Source: Octopus sinensis (Eukaryota). Taken from it: DNA of 64,000 bases. The notes under the pieces were generated by a model. That model searched no databases. It saw nothing but the letters and a program-made list of their open reading frames with translations, and was not told where the DNA came from. Where the stretch lies: NCBI RefSeq assembly GCF_006345805.1, contig NC_043001.1, forward strand, positions 124,434,001-124,498,000, given 5' to 3'. The position numbers were made by a program, and so were the translations under genes. This document shows positions 25,650 to 39,330 of this stretch, piece by piece; position 1 is the stretch's first letter; every line of letters starts with the position of its first letter.

Positions 25650-28310
25650 GTTTATTCGAACAACTACAGCGCCTCCGTGCCAGTAGATTTATCTCGAACC
25701 GGCAGTACTCCTTGGTAGCACTGCCATGGCAAGGATTCCTGGAAGTTGACAATGGTAGTATCAGGTCCGAATGTCGCCCGAAACAGACCAGCTAGTTTAT
25801 CCTCATCGGCACACTTACCCATAACTAGATTTTTTTGATATTGCTAAATTAGAACTTCCACCGATCGCATTGCCCGACTGGAAGATTGACGACGTTCTAG
25901 ATGCCAGGCACTCAATCTTCGAAGTAAATAACTGCGGAATGGGATGTCTTACAAACGGAGGCGACACCCACTCACCGCACAGGAAAATTTGTATGTGGCG
26001 TAGCAATAGAGAGTCGATGTGGATCAGCAGCCATGGCATGCCAAGCCTGAGTTCCAGAAGGTGTTGGTAACAAATGGACCACCTGACCAGCGGGGTGCCT
26101 CCTTTCCACAGAAAACCAGAAAAGTTAACACATAAGTTCCACTAAAACTGCACTGCGGCAAGGCACACCTGTCAGGCATTAAGTTATTAGGAAGACGATG
26201 TACGCATTCGCTACCTCTGCTCGACCTTTCAGGGATAATTTCCTGTTAGCCCATTTCTGAGTGAGACCGGCCACACTGCTTGTAACCTCATGCCAGTTCT
26301 TGTCCACCTGGAGGTCCGAGCTAAACATGACTTTCACTGGCTTGTCTGTTCAGCGAGCTACTATGCTCTCCAATTGCCAAACTGCAGCCTAGCGACATGT
26401 TCGGATTTATTTCTCTCCTATCATCATCATTGTTCGACCGTGGTCGAGACAATGGAATTTACTATGTTACGCCAGACCTCACGGTCCATCATAGCATTAC
26501 AGAGCTCCTGTTGCTGCATGCATGTATCCCTGGAGATTACATCAGGGTAGGAGAGTGTGCGCCCTCCGGTATCGCGAGTAGATGGCTTCCAGAGGAGAAG
26601 AGTAGAAATTATCTCGTTTTCAGCTCTACAACAATGTCCAGCAAACTGGACTCTCCTACCTTTCACAAGAGATGATACAGGTGGTAATTTCCCATATATT
26701 TGTACTTTGGCTGGATGACGCTTCCACGAGAGATTTTGAGCTCTCATAAGGAGGCGAGTGAAAGTTCCATCCAACCGCCTCTCAAGCTTCTTTGATAACG
26801 TCCAGGTTTCTGAACCATATAGTAGAATTGGTTCGACTGTGGCTTTGAATATTTTAAGTTTGAAATCTCTACTTAGATTTGATGACCAGATATTATGCAT
26901 ATCATTACAGGCTGACCAGGCCATATCCTTTCTAGTTAGAAAATCTTTTTCAGATGATGATATGTATGACCCAAGATATTTGTAATCAGAAACCATATTT
27001 AAGAGCGTATTCTTGAGAGTATGGAATCCTGCAGGGAGACACACTCGCCCCATTTCTCTTCATCATTGTCGTTGACAATGTGTTAAGTATGTCAGTTGAT
27101 ACCATTTCTGGTAGGGGCTTTGAAATAAAACCTAGAAGTTCCAGACACCCAGCTGAGCACTTAACATACACTGACTTTGCTGATGACATCGCTCTTATCA
27201 GTGATTCTCTCTCCAATGCCCAGTCTCTTTTGTAATCCCTTGAACAAGCCTCAAATTGTGTAGGTCTTTACCTCAATGTGTCCAAGACTGAATATGTAAA
27301 CAAGTGCCTGTCCAACAGTGATTTCTCTCCTAAGATTGCCTCATATTCTTTTAAAATGGAATTGACTAATTCTCTGTAGTGTGTGACACAATCACGGTGG
27401 TATCATCCGATGCAGCTACCTCGCATTCCAGTTCGAAGGGATGCCACTCAAGTGTTCAAATGTTCGAGCGTCAGAATGTATAGAAGTGATGAAAGAGGAT
27501 AACCTGGACGTATTGAGCACGAGATATGGAACGGTTCCGAGAGGTGGTCGTTTACTTTGATCACCGAGCAAGTGCCACTATACATTACTGCGATCAAACC
27601 ACTGAAAATGGGTCCGAAACCAGTTGCTTTTAGGACTGCTGCCATGCAGGAAAGTCGGCCCTCTCGAGGATTTTGACTGATCCCAAAAGATCAGAGGCCC
27701 ACTGATAAAAATTTGTCACCCATTCCTTCTATCATGTAATGCATGAGGTGAAGGCTTTTGTAGATGGATGTATTAGCGATCGCACGTTTATGCTTCTCCG
27801 ACCAAACCACCTACGACAAGCGTAAGTCTCTTCGCTAACAACTTGACCGAAATTTTAAACTCTGCATTTAGCAGAGTTATGAGCCGTATAATATCCCTAT
27901 TTCTGGCGCCTTGTCTCAGTAACGTTAACACACCCCGGCTCGCATAACTCTTCTTCCATTTTGCTGCCACTTGTATTGTTCATTTGAGAAGCGGTCGCCA
28001 AACAGCTCTGGCATAATGCCGTTGATTCCTAAGGTATACCAACCGAACCGGGCGATTTGTCCCTTGCACAACCATTCAATACTTCTCATATCTCAGTTGC
28101 CTCTCTCAGCGCCTTGCTTCTTCATTCGAGAGTCGCAGTAGGCAATAAAGTCCATAGTTCTTTCTGACCCATCACTTTTTCTGATGAGTCGAGTAAAATG
28201 CTACTACAAAGACGCACACATTTGCTTGAAACCGCGCAGCATGGGACCATACTGATTTGTACAAGACTGAATTGTGACATGCCACGTCGCGCCTTCATCA
28301 CTTGCTCCTT
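25650..28310 (-). pseudogene. Degenerate L1/Tx1-like LINE ORF2, split by the RTE insertion
   Basis: RLITLLNAEFKISVKLLAKRL and SIRPGYPLSSLLYILTLE (GxRQGCPLSPLLF-like) on minus; ends approximate. Confidence 0.7.
26421..27320 (-). mobile_element. RTE-clade LINE insertion, 5'-truncated with a 5' inversion
   Basis: Minus 27020-26427 encodes YKYLG...LLYGSETW...FAGH with a (TGA)n tail; plus 27021-27320 encodes GILQGDTLAPFLF...FADD; 12-bp TSD ATTTCTCTCCTA at 26409-26420 and 27321-27332. Confidence 0.9.
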
Positions 28311-29796
28311 CTTACTTTAGCACATGAGATCTACTCCATACAACGTAGTCTTTGTGTTTGGCATTGAAGCCAACAAATTTGTAGACCAGATCCATGGCAG
28401 TCCCGGAATAAGTGAATTACAAAAGACCATATTCATGAGCACCTTACATATTCTACGTAAATTCCTCTCCATGTAAAATGCAGCTTCACCCATTCTGTTT
28501 TTTCCTCTCCCACAGACACCAGTGTTTTCTATTGCACGGCACCTCACATATTAGCATCTTTAGATGATACAAAACTTTGTTGTTGCTTGACATTTCTGTT
28601 TGAGACTTGGGTAAAATTCGTATAAAGTATAGCAAAACCCAAACATTGAAAAAAATATTGATTGTTGATGGGATGGTTGTATGTACCGCTACTGGTTTTG
28701 ATAAATGTAGATTATTACGTACACAGCTGACACTAAATTGGAATATATGAACCCGCGATAATCTTACTAGTTACAAAAGCAACTGGTAGCTAAGTAATGA
28801 GGCATTAATTCACATTACCTAGAAATGAAACCACCACTCACTTTATCAAGAACAAAATTCATTATTACTATTAAGGGTTAATGTATGTAATTTTTTTCTT
28901 TTTTTTTTTTTTTGCCGTCCGTGGTGTTTTCTAGCCTTAATATGGTATAGAAATCAAACTTTCAACTGAAAATGAAGTCATAACGTGAAGTTGTCTTTGA
29001 AAATATTTCCAGAATAAAAAACTAAAAAGAAGAGTCGTGTAAAAGAAAAGTACATTTGAAAAGATATTTACGACCTTTATTCGTTCAATAATAGGCTTGT
29101 AATGCAATATAATTTGTTTTATTATAATTAAATTATCATTTTTAAAAATGTAGTAAAGAATTCCGATATGTTCCTGCCATGCTCACTTTTACAGTGTTCA
29201 ATAATTTCCCGAGCAATTCAATTACAATTGAAAATAGTTTCCGGTTTCGTTCGAGAGAGGGACCTCGAATAATGCAGTAGGTTAGAGTAACCGTTATTAC
29301 AGCCTATACCCAGTCAAAAGCTAATTATATTCCATTCATTAGAATCCTAATAATTCACCGGTAATAACTGGCTGAGCACTCATCAACCTTTATGTTAAGT
29401 ATCTACAAAAAAATTTAGCAATACAGCTAATTGAAAAAAAATATGTATATTCCGTCTCCCTACAAAAAAAATTACTATGAGCTAATCGATATTCACTATT
29501 AGATATACCTTGCAAACTTTTATATAGTTTTTGTACATGTGTATGTATGTGCGAGTATGTGTACATATTTACATGTGCTTTCCATATCTGACAGTTGCAT
29601 CAGGTTTGGCCGGTAGAGTTGCATCAGGTTTGTCTGATCACAGGTGCTGCCTGTATCCAATATATTTGTATCTAATAGGCTCCGACCATTTAGTTACAAT
29701 GCCAAAGACACGTGTATTTAGAGCTCAAACGGGCCGTCGTTGTTGTTATTGTTGTTTATATCCCTTGGTGGAGACGATCTATTGTCGAAATAATTA

Positions 29797-30440
29797 AGGT
29801 GGCAAGCGGGAAAATTCGTTAGCTCGCTTCAGAAAATGTTTTGTCGCATTTCCTCCGTCTTTTCGTTCTGAGTTCAAATTCCGCCGAGTTCGATTTTTCC
29901 ATTCATCCTTTTGGGGAACGACAAAAATAAGTACCAGTCGAGCACTAGATCCGATGCAATCAACAAGTCCTCTCCTCCAAAGGTTTCAGGTCTTGTGCCT
30001 ACAGTAGAAAGATTATTATTATCTTACAAATATGGCGAGCTGAGAGAATCGTCAGTACGCCGGACAAGTTTCTTTACAGCATTTCATCCGTTTTTCGTTC
30101 TGAATTCACATTCTCCCGAAGTCAACTTGGCTTTTCATCATTTGGGAGACGATAGAAATATGTATCAGTTTAGCAGTAATCAACTTACCCTTCTCCCAAA
30201 AATATCTCAAGCTTTACGCCTAGAGTAGAAATAATTATCATTAAAGGTAGCGAGGTGGCAGAATCGTTAGCGTGGTGAACAAAACTTTTAGCGCCATATC
30301 TTCTCCCTCTTTCCGTTCTGTATTCAAATACTCTTTCATGATTTCAGGGTCGATAAAATAAAGTATTAATCAGATACTGAAGTCGATATAATCGACAACA
30401 CTCTGCCCCAAAATTGCTGGCTTTGTTCTAAAATTTAAAA
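29797..30440 (+). mobile_element. Three tandem diverged copies of SINE family A
   Basis: Repeated GAGCTGGCAGAATCGTTAG-like heads, GAGTTCAAATTC B-box and TTTCATCCTTTCGGGGTCGATAAA-like core. Confidence 0.7.
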
Positions 30441-30998
30441 TCATAACTATTATGATTGAAATCAATAGTTTTATGTTTATTACGCACTACTGCCACTGAA
30501 TAGCCGAATACAACTTTCTGTGCCTTGAGTGCATATACTTCATATTTTAATAATTTGATCATGTGTAAAAGCAGATCTCGTTACAGTCCAATGATAACTA
30601 GCACATCTTTAAAGTTCACTAACAGTCACCAATTAATTGGTAGTTTTAGATAATATTTTATTCATTTGTCAATTATTAACAAATGGGTAAACACTAAACC
30701 CGCTATTCATTAATATATGAACAGAGGATGACTAAATGAATACAATCGACTTTACAATACGTAGCAGACATTTCAGACCTGAACAAGACTAACAGAAATA
30801 TCTGAAGTATTTATAGTAGAATAAAGAGAGAGATTTTCATAAGTATACGCATTGAATGAAGATACTAGAGATGTGAGTTAAATCATTAAAGAATAAGTTT
30901 TAAACTTTAGCACAAGGGCAGCAATTTTGAGGTGGGGGTTATTCAGTCGAATATATCGATCCCAGTGGTATTTAATGTATCGAATTATATTTATATGT

Positions 30999-31035
<37 letters not shown>

Positions 31036-31068
31036 ATATATATATATATATATAAATATATGTGTGTG

Positions 31069-31147
<79 letters not shown>

Positions 31148-32560
31148 ATATATATATAATAATATATATATATACACATCTATATGCTTATATGTGTTTC
31201 ATGGTTTTGTGTATAGAAATACATACATATGTGTGTGTGTGAGAGAGTAAGTGAGTCTCTCTCTCTGTGTTTACCGTCACACACACACACTCATAAACCT
31301 TCCCACAGTTCAGTGAAATATGCATAGCCAACATTTCGAAGTAATTGCCAAACTCTTAATCCTAAAAAAAAGGATGTTACATGCATGTGTCTGCGAGTGC
31401 GCGAGTGTGTATGATGCATGTATGCATATATATGTATAAATAAAAGCATGCAATTATGCATGCGTGTATACACACACACATACTCAGAGAGAAAAAGGGC
31501 TCGGAGAAGGTAGTGATGGAGAAGAATAGAAAGAAATGATGACGCTGTCCATATAACTATGACGCATAAGAGCAATGGAAATAAACGTCAGAAAGTGTCA
31601 GAAAGAAGAAGAGAATAAAGAAAATTGGAGAAGTTGGTGGAACTGTCAAATAACATGTCAACAAGTAATAAGACGTCATCAGTCGGATGGGAGCGGTCAT
31701 ATCGACATTGCTGTGTTGTCTCACTAACGATTGTCCCTCTTGCCACAGCTATATGTGTTAACTCTTTACAACTTTATTGACAGAGTTTGCCTTGACACGT
31801 ATCCCACCTGAGAGTATTTCGATGACATCACGTTCACAACATCATGGAAAGGCTAATGGCAAAGTGAAAATAGTTAGAGTGAGGAAGTAAATAATAAATT
31901 ATCTTAAGAAGGAAATAGAAGAAAGGCAAGCATTTTGGCAAAGATTTACTAACTTATCACGCAGATGAGATAGATTACAAATACAGGCGTCGATATTAAA
32001 TGTTTGAATGTAAAACAGCATTTTTTTTATTTAAATATAATTTGCTGTAATCTATGTAATAATTTGAGGGTAAAGATTAATTTACCTGTAAGTAAATTTT
32101 ATTAGGGGATTTACCATCTAGCAACCATATTTATATAATCATTCCATCTAATTTGTTTGTCGTTGTTGTGGTGGTGGTGGTCGTGGTGGTTGCTGTGGTT
32201 GTTGTTATTATTATTATAATTATCATTATAAAGGGTGCGAGCTGGCACGCTGGACCGACTGATTAGTTGCATTTCATCCGTCTTTCTAACCTGAGTTGAC
32301 ATCCAACCAAAGATGACTTTATCTTTTATAATTTCGGGTCGAAAATATAAGTACCAGTGAAATACTGGTGTCGATGTAATCGACTATCCCTCTCCTCCAA
32401 AATTTCAGGTCTTGTGCCTATAGTAGAAAGGATTATCATTATTTCTTCTTTTTCTTTTTGTCTTTTTTTTCGTGTCAGACGGGAAAACTTCACCATGATC
32501 AGCTATATCTCCATTCTCGCCTTATAATAATAATCATTGTTGTTGTTGTTGTTATTATTA

Positions 32561-32615
<55 letters not shown>

Positions 32616-33344
32616 GTATTTCTTGTTGTTGTAGTTGTACTAAAACTCACAGCTTATTTTGCTGGGTATGAGCGAAAGTGTCAACTGTCCACAGACTGCA
32701 GACTAAGTTGACACTTGTTAATTGGTCATGCTTCAAGAAGCGTGTAAAAAATTCATGCTGTTTTTGCAGGTGTTCTACCTTCAAACTTGCACTGTTCAAG
32801 GAATTTATATCTTCAGAAATTCTCCTTTTCCACCATGGTTATTTATTTCCCTTCTATCCGTCGCTGTTCTATTCTCAGTAGTTCTCAATCCCATCCTTTC
32901 CGCCACAATCCTACTAGCAGCCTTTTTAAAGATTATCCTTCTTTTAATAGCTTCTAGCTCCAATTCTGTTAAACATAGGTTCTTTCGTATTGCTCTTATC
33001 GGTCACATAATGTCTATTCAGTAATTTCGAACAGTTCCATTGCCTTCCATTCATTGTGCATTCGTTTTCTGTACCCTCTGACAAGCGTGCCATTTGCACC
33101 CACTGGAGTGCACCGATGGTAACATTACATAACCCTCATGTTTACTTGTTTACGCTACCTGTGTCTTGTAGCATGGCTAGCAGTTGCTGGATTACGGCCG
33201 GGCCCAACCTCCTGTACAGTGGGGCACCTGCCGGGTGTGACACCTTCACCATTGGTTCCAGTCTCGTCCACACCGTTATCGTAATCTATTTTGCTTAGCA
33301 TTGTCACTCACAAATGAGATGTGTTTTTAGGTTAATACCAACCG

Positions 33345-33556
33345 AGCACGCCGGGCGATATGCTTTCCCGCATTTCGCCTGCCGTTATGTTCTGAGTTCA
33401 AATTCCGCCGAGGTCGACTTTGCCTTTCATCCTTTCGGGGTCGATAAATAATGCCAGTTACGCACTGGGGTCGATATAATCGACTTAATCCGTTTGTCTG
33501 TCCTGGTTTGTCCTCTCTGTGTTTAGCCCCCTGTGGGTAGTAAAGAAATAGGTATT
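33345..33556 (+). mobile_element. SINE family A
   Basis: Close match to 55166-55390. Confidence 0.85.
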
Positions 33557-34059
33557 TCTATCGAAAACACCATCTCTATCAAGGTAGTCCGCCAAGGCAG
33601 CAGAGCCCTTGCTACCCTGGTTTTCAACTCAGAGTACTCTTTCTTCTAAGCTGCTTGCCATCCAAGGCTAACGAGTACAGCCTACCAGGTGCACTGGTTA
33701 TTTGAATGCACCAGATACTCGCCTCTTCCCATTCTTCTCCTGTTGGTTCGGCGAAGGAGACGGGCTTGACTGGGCATTTTATAAGTGATGGGGTGCTCAA
33801 CTCCCCTCACCACCGCGGCACTGACAGACAATTGAAAACAAATAAATAAATAATAGTAATAATAATAAATAGAATAAGATAGAGAAAATAAATAAAGAAA
33901 AATAATAATGAATAAAAAGATAAATAATTTTTTTTTAATGGATAAATATATAAATATAAAAATAAAGTGGAATAATAAAAATAAAATCAAAATATAAATA
34001 AAAATAAAAATAAAATAAAAATAGAGCTAGTAGAAGAGGTATGTACATACTGTACATAC

Positions 34060-34097
<38 letters not shown>

Positions 34098-34469
34098 TAA
34101 ATGAAAGAAAAAGAAAAACCAATGAACAAGGCGGGAATCTATTTAACACAAGTTCAGTATAGTACATTCATATTGGCAGGGACTGCATAGGAGTGGTTGT
34201 AAACATGGAAGTGAGGCGGGTAGATATTGGACATGAGGGAAGATGGTAGAGGGGGTACGTAGGGCGGGCGGGCGCATCACGGCCTAGAGAAAGTGGCTAC
34301 TGCACCGTTCCTCACTGCCCACCCGGAAAATTTAAGATTCAACCAAACACGGAAGAAGCATTAGTCTGAATCAAAAGAAAAATATAGCTTACCGTTTGAA
34401 TTGCTCTGTGACGGCGTGATTTCGGCTGAAAAAATTTACGATATCTTCAAAAATAGGAGAAAGTGAGAG

Positions 34470-34542
<73 letters not shown>

Positions 34543-34705
34543 TGGTAAGAAGACAGAGAGACAGAGACAGAGAGGGAGAGAGAAAGGTAGGAAATACATG
34601 TGCTTTCAACAAGAGATTCAGCATTGTAACATGACTATGAATGGATAGAGGAGTAAGTTTTAGGAATTTTAGGCTTTAAGTGGTGGTTAGAAAATTTAAT
34701 TATTG

Positions 34706-34767
<62 letters not shown>

Positions 34768-34829
34768 CACATTGCAGATTAGACTGTTGGGTAACAAAAA
34801 TTCCCAACATCGGGCTGTTATCATTATTA

Positions 34830-35195
34830 AAGTGGTGAGTCGACAGAGTCGTTAGCACGCCGGGCGAAATGCGTAGCCGTAATTCGTCTGCCGTTATGTT
34901 CTGAGTTCAAATTTCGCCGAGGTCGACTTTCGGTGTCGATTAAATAAGTACCAGTTACGCACTGGGGTCGATATAATCGACTTTTAATCCGTTTGTTTGT
35001 CCTCTTTCTGTGTTTAGCCCCTTTGTGGGTAGTAAAGAAATAGGTATTTCGTTTGCACGCTACAATCTGAGTTCAAATTCCGCCGAGTTCGACTTTGCCT
35101 TTCATCATTTTGGAGTACCAGTTGTGCACTGGAGTCGATGTAATCGACTTAACTGCTTCCCCAAAATTGCTGCCCTTGTGGCGAAATTTGACACC
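34830..35195 (+). mobile_element. SINE family A, two adjacent or nested copies
   Basis: Head GTCGTTAGCACGCCGGGCGAAATGCG and two B-box/core segments. Confidence 0.78.
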
Positions 35196-35223
35196 ATTAT
35201 TATTATTATTATTATTATTATTA

Positions 35224-35317
<94 letters not shown>

Positions 35318-35322
35318 CATTC

Positions 35323-36050
35323 AGTAGTTTTATTTTTATAGCGTGCTTTCACTTCACTACCGAGCGCAGCTCTGTGTGCCTTAGGTATGTGCTGTGATTT
35401 GTTGTGATGCTCTGATGGTTATTGTATGGAAAGTGTTCTGCGTAGGATGTGTGCAGTGCCTAGTAGTGCAATTTTCTGTATGTTATATGTGTTTGTAAGT
35501 CCTGGTGTTTTTGTTATGTATTTGTCTGAATATTTTTTTATCATGCCTAATGCACCTACTATGATAGGAATTGTTTCTGTTTTTAGATTCCACATTCTGG
35601 TTACCTCTATTTCCAGGTCTTTGTATTTTGAAAGTTTCTCCATTTCTTTTAGAGACACGTTGTCATCTGCCGGTATTGATACATCAATTAGAAAGCATTT
35701 TTTTCCTCATGATCTCTGACAACTATATCTGGTCTGTGGCCTTAATTTCTCTATCTGTGTGTATCGGCATATCCCAGAGTATGGTTGCTTTCTCGTTTTC
35801 TGTGACTTTTCTGGTGTGTGCCTATACCATTTTTTTCTGTTGTTATTCCATAATGTTGGCATAGCTTCCAATGTATGTAGGTTCCAACTCTGTCATGTCT
35901 GTGAATATATTCCTTCTTAGCTAGCACTGGGCAGCCAGAGATAATATGATTTATTGTTTCTTGTCCATCTCCACATATTCTGCAGTTACTTGTTATATTT
36001 CTTTTCATTACATGTTTTTGGTAATTTCTGGTGGGGAGGCTTTGGTCTTT
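35323..36050 (-). mobile_element. 5'-truncated R4/Dong-like LINE (restriction-like endonuclease) in a (TAA)n tract
   Basis: CRIC..ETINHIISGC zinc knuckle, RHDRV, ILWDMPIHTDREI, RPDIV, LIDVSIP, EKLSKYKDL, PIIVGALG; frameshifted; (ATT)n on both flanks. Confidence 0.88.
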
Positions 36051-36057
36051 ATTATTA

Positions 36058-36127
<70 letters not shown>

Positions 36128-37599
36128 TTGTTATTGTTAATGTAATTATCATTCTTATCGTTATCAAAGTGTTGAGCTGGAAGAATCGTTGGCACGCCGA
36201 GCAAAATGGTTAGCGGCATTTCGTCCTTCTTTATATTCTGAGTTCAAGTTCTGCCGAAGTTCACTTTGCCAAATTTTAAATGAAAGTAAATATTTCAAGA
36301 CACGAAAAAAATTTTTTTTAAACTTCAGTTGCCTTCGTTGACCAGCCAGCAAGTAAGAAAGATAAGAGGAGGTTTTCGCAGTCATCTCTTACTACACAAT
36401 ATTACGAATGTAATCTTAATTAAAAAATATTAGTAGCAGTATCTGTTGCAACAGTAACAACTACAACTAAAAGAAAAACAGCTAGAAATAGAAAAACCAA
36501 CTACAACTACAACAACAGCAACGCGTAGTAAAACTATATGTCAAACAAAAAGCTTGAAAGATCAACAGCAGCAGGAAATCGAGCATTACCACAACAACCA
36601 CCCTAATAAGAAGCAATAACGGCAGTGACAACGTTTATCCTACCAAACTCTGTAGCAGTAGCAGTGAAAACGCAGCAAAACCATCTCTTTCGCCGAGATC
36701 ACAAACATGTTCGATTTCATCTGACTAGACTATAAGCATGGACATTTAAAGGAGGCGGAAAAATACATTATCCGACTAGAACAGAGAAGTGTTACGCTCA
36801 ATATATCGCAACGGCTTTTTAATCAAACGGAAAGGAAAGCATTTCTGAATAAATGCTTATCGACAGAGTAGCACAAATTACATCGTATAACTACAGAACA
36901 AGCTGAGCGCTTTTTAAGAAACATATGACAAGACATGAATTTGGGCGACATTCATATAAGTTCGGATCAATCCGGCACATGTCCAAGGTCCACACGGAAA
37001 CCCTAGTACAAAATACCTTCACCGTTCCACCAAAAGGAAATAAAAATTTCACATTGATAACGATTGACATAGGACTGAAAGTGATCTGTGTAAAAACTCA
37101 AATACACCACCAGAACTAGACTTCTGATGTGTGGAGAAATATGTCGCTTTTGAACACCACTGCACGTAGCTTGGAATAAAAAGATTTGGAAAAGAAAATT
37201 GGGTTGAAACGAGGTTGCAAATGTTGATTCAGCGGAAACCTGAGACGCAAGACAAAAATTCCCGTCTTAACAGAGATCCCATACAAAATACCCAACCTAT
37301 CAGAGATCCCAGACAAAGTATGTGACTTAACAGCAATTCCAGGAGGGCAGCAACAGCAGGTGGTAAAAATAACAAAATTAAGAAAGCCCCTACCTAAAAC
37401 TTTAACAATGAGCAGAACACATGTATACCATACGCAACTCCGGAGGCAAGGCAAAACTGGTTTTGCTGGAAATTACTAGTCTGTCTGATATTGTTAGTAA
37501 TAAAAGCAACAAAATCAACAGGTCCTGCATTCACCGAGCAAAAATGTAAAAAGAAAAGCCTTCGAAAGCTCATCAAATACAAATTTTCTTAAAAGCAAA

Positions 37600-37955
37600 T
37601 AGGTGCAGGAGTGGCTGTGTGGTAAGTAGCTTGCTAACCAACCACATGGTTCCGGGTTCAGTCCCACTGCATGGCATCTTGGGCAAGTGTCTTCTGCTAT
37701 AGCCTCGGGCCGATCAATACCTTGTGAGTGGATTTGGTAGACGGAAACTGAAAGAAGCCTGTCGTATATATGTATATATATGTGTATGTGTGTGTGTTTG
37801 TCCCCCTAGCATTGCTTGACAACCGATGCGGGTGTGTTTACGTCCCCGTCACTTAGCGGTTCGGCAAAGAATAAGTCCCGGGGTCAATTTGCTCAACTAA
37901 AGGCGATGCTCCAGCATGGCCGCTGTCAAATGACTGAAACAAGTAAAAAGAGTTA
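37600..37955 (+). mobile_element. SINE family B
   Basis: Close match to 13960-14362. Confidence 0.88.
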
Positions 37956-38080
37956 AAGATAAGTATTTGCAGTGTAAACCTCTCTTCTTTCCTGATGGCA
38001 TTATCCAAGAATTATGTCGGAAGACGAGCCGCATATTTGTGCATACTAATACATTGCCAGTGTTACTAGTTGCTTTCAAA

Positions 38081-38702
38081 GCAGTAACAAGAAGATATCG
38101 TATCAGATATGTTGAAACAGATGTTCGCCATTCAACATTCCTACAAGAACGATTTGAAAAGACAAGGGGAAATTTTGAGACACTCGCTTGGCATTATATA
38201 TGTTTCTTTATTACCCACAAGGAGCTAAACATAGATGGGACAAACAAGGACAGACAAACGGATTAAGACGATTACATCGACCCCAGTACTTAACTGGTAC
38301 TTAATTTATCGACCCCGAAAGGATGAAAGGCAAAGTCGACCTCGGCGGAATTTGAACACAGAACGTAACGGCAGACGAAATACCGCTAAGCATTTTACCC
38401 GACATGCTAACGAAATGCTTCAGCATTGTAACATGACTATGAATGGATAGAGGAGTAAGTTAAGTACTGGGGTTGATGTAATCGTCTTAATCCGTTTGTC
38501 TGTCCTTGTTTGTCCCATCTATGTTTAGCTCCTTGTGGGTAATAAAGAATCATATATAATGCCAAGCGAGTGTCTCAAAACTTCTCCTTGTCTTTTCTTT
38601 TGCTATATCATTCGTCGTAAGTACGACAAATCGTTCTTGTCGGAGTGTTGAATGGTGAACATCTATTTCAACATATCTGATACGATATCTTCTTGTTACT
38701 GC
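38081..38702. repeat. Inverted duplication (38081-38295 vs 38458-38702) including part of a family A SINE
   Basis: Reverse-complement match with a few substitutions and a ~30-bp indel. Confidence 0.88.
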
Positions 38703-38879
38703 CTGCACCATTGCTCTGAGATCATACAAACACCATAGTGGTGATCAAAGACATTTGCCATTTCGTTGACTATGGTAGTTTTCGATTTTTATCGCATCAT
38801 AGACGGGTTGTTAAGGCAGGCATTTACGAGATCAGATATAAAGTCACGTTTCATGTGGGGCATAGAAACATTGACTTCA

Positions 38880-39075
38880 AATTTTGGCACAAGGGGAGGG
38901 GAAAAGCCGATTACATCGACCCAAGTACTCAACTGATACTTATTTTATCGACCTCGAGAGGATGAAAGGCAAAGTCAACCTCGGCGGAATTTGAACTCAG
39001 AATGCCTTGACGGACGAAATGCTGCCGAGCATTTTGTCCGGTTTGCTAACGATTCTGCCAATTCACCGCCTTGGG
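38880..39075 (-). mobile_element. SINE family A
   Basis: GGATGAAAGGCAAAGTCAACCTCGGCGGAATTTGAACTCAG. Confidence 0.8.
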
Positions 39076-39330
39076 GACATAGAAATATTAAAGGTAACTA
39101 TGCTGGAGCTGTGCCTAGTAAAAGAAGCAGAAATTAAAGGCATGATACTTCTGGTATAAAGAAAGTCCGTACTTTAAAAGTAAAAGTTATCATCGTTCTT
39201 CATACATTGTCTGAAAGGAAAAAAATTGCTGACGTTTTTACATACTTTCTCTTTCGTTGGGCGTCGCTAGACTACTCTTTGATACAATCTACTCGATCGG
39301 GGCTTACCACGGGCTAAACAACAACAGCAG

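Noticed and set aside
33560-33830. RTE-like 5' region on minus as a possible HDV-like ribozyme
   Set aside because: I could not build the nested double pseudoknot by eye; needs a motif search
36690-37590. A-rich, coding-like stretch (possible LINE ORF1 remnant)
   Set aside because: Multiple stops and no motif I recognise
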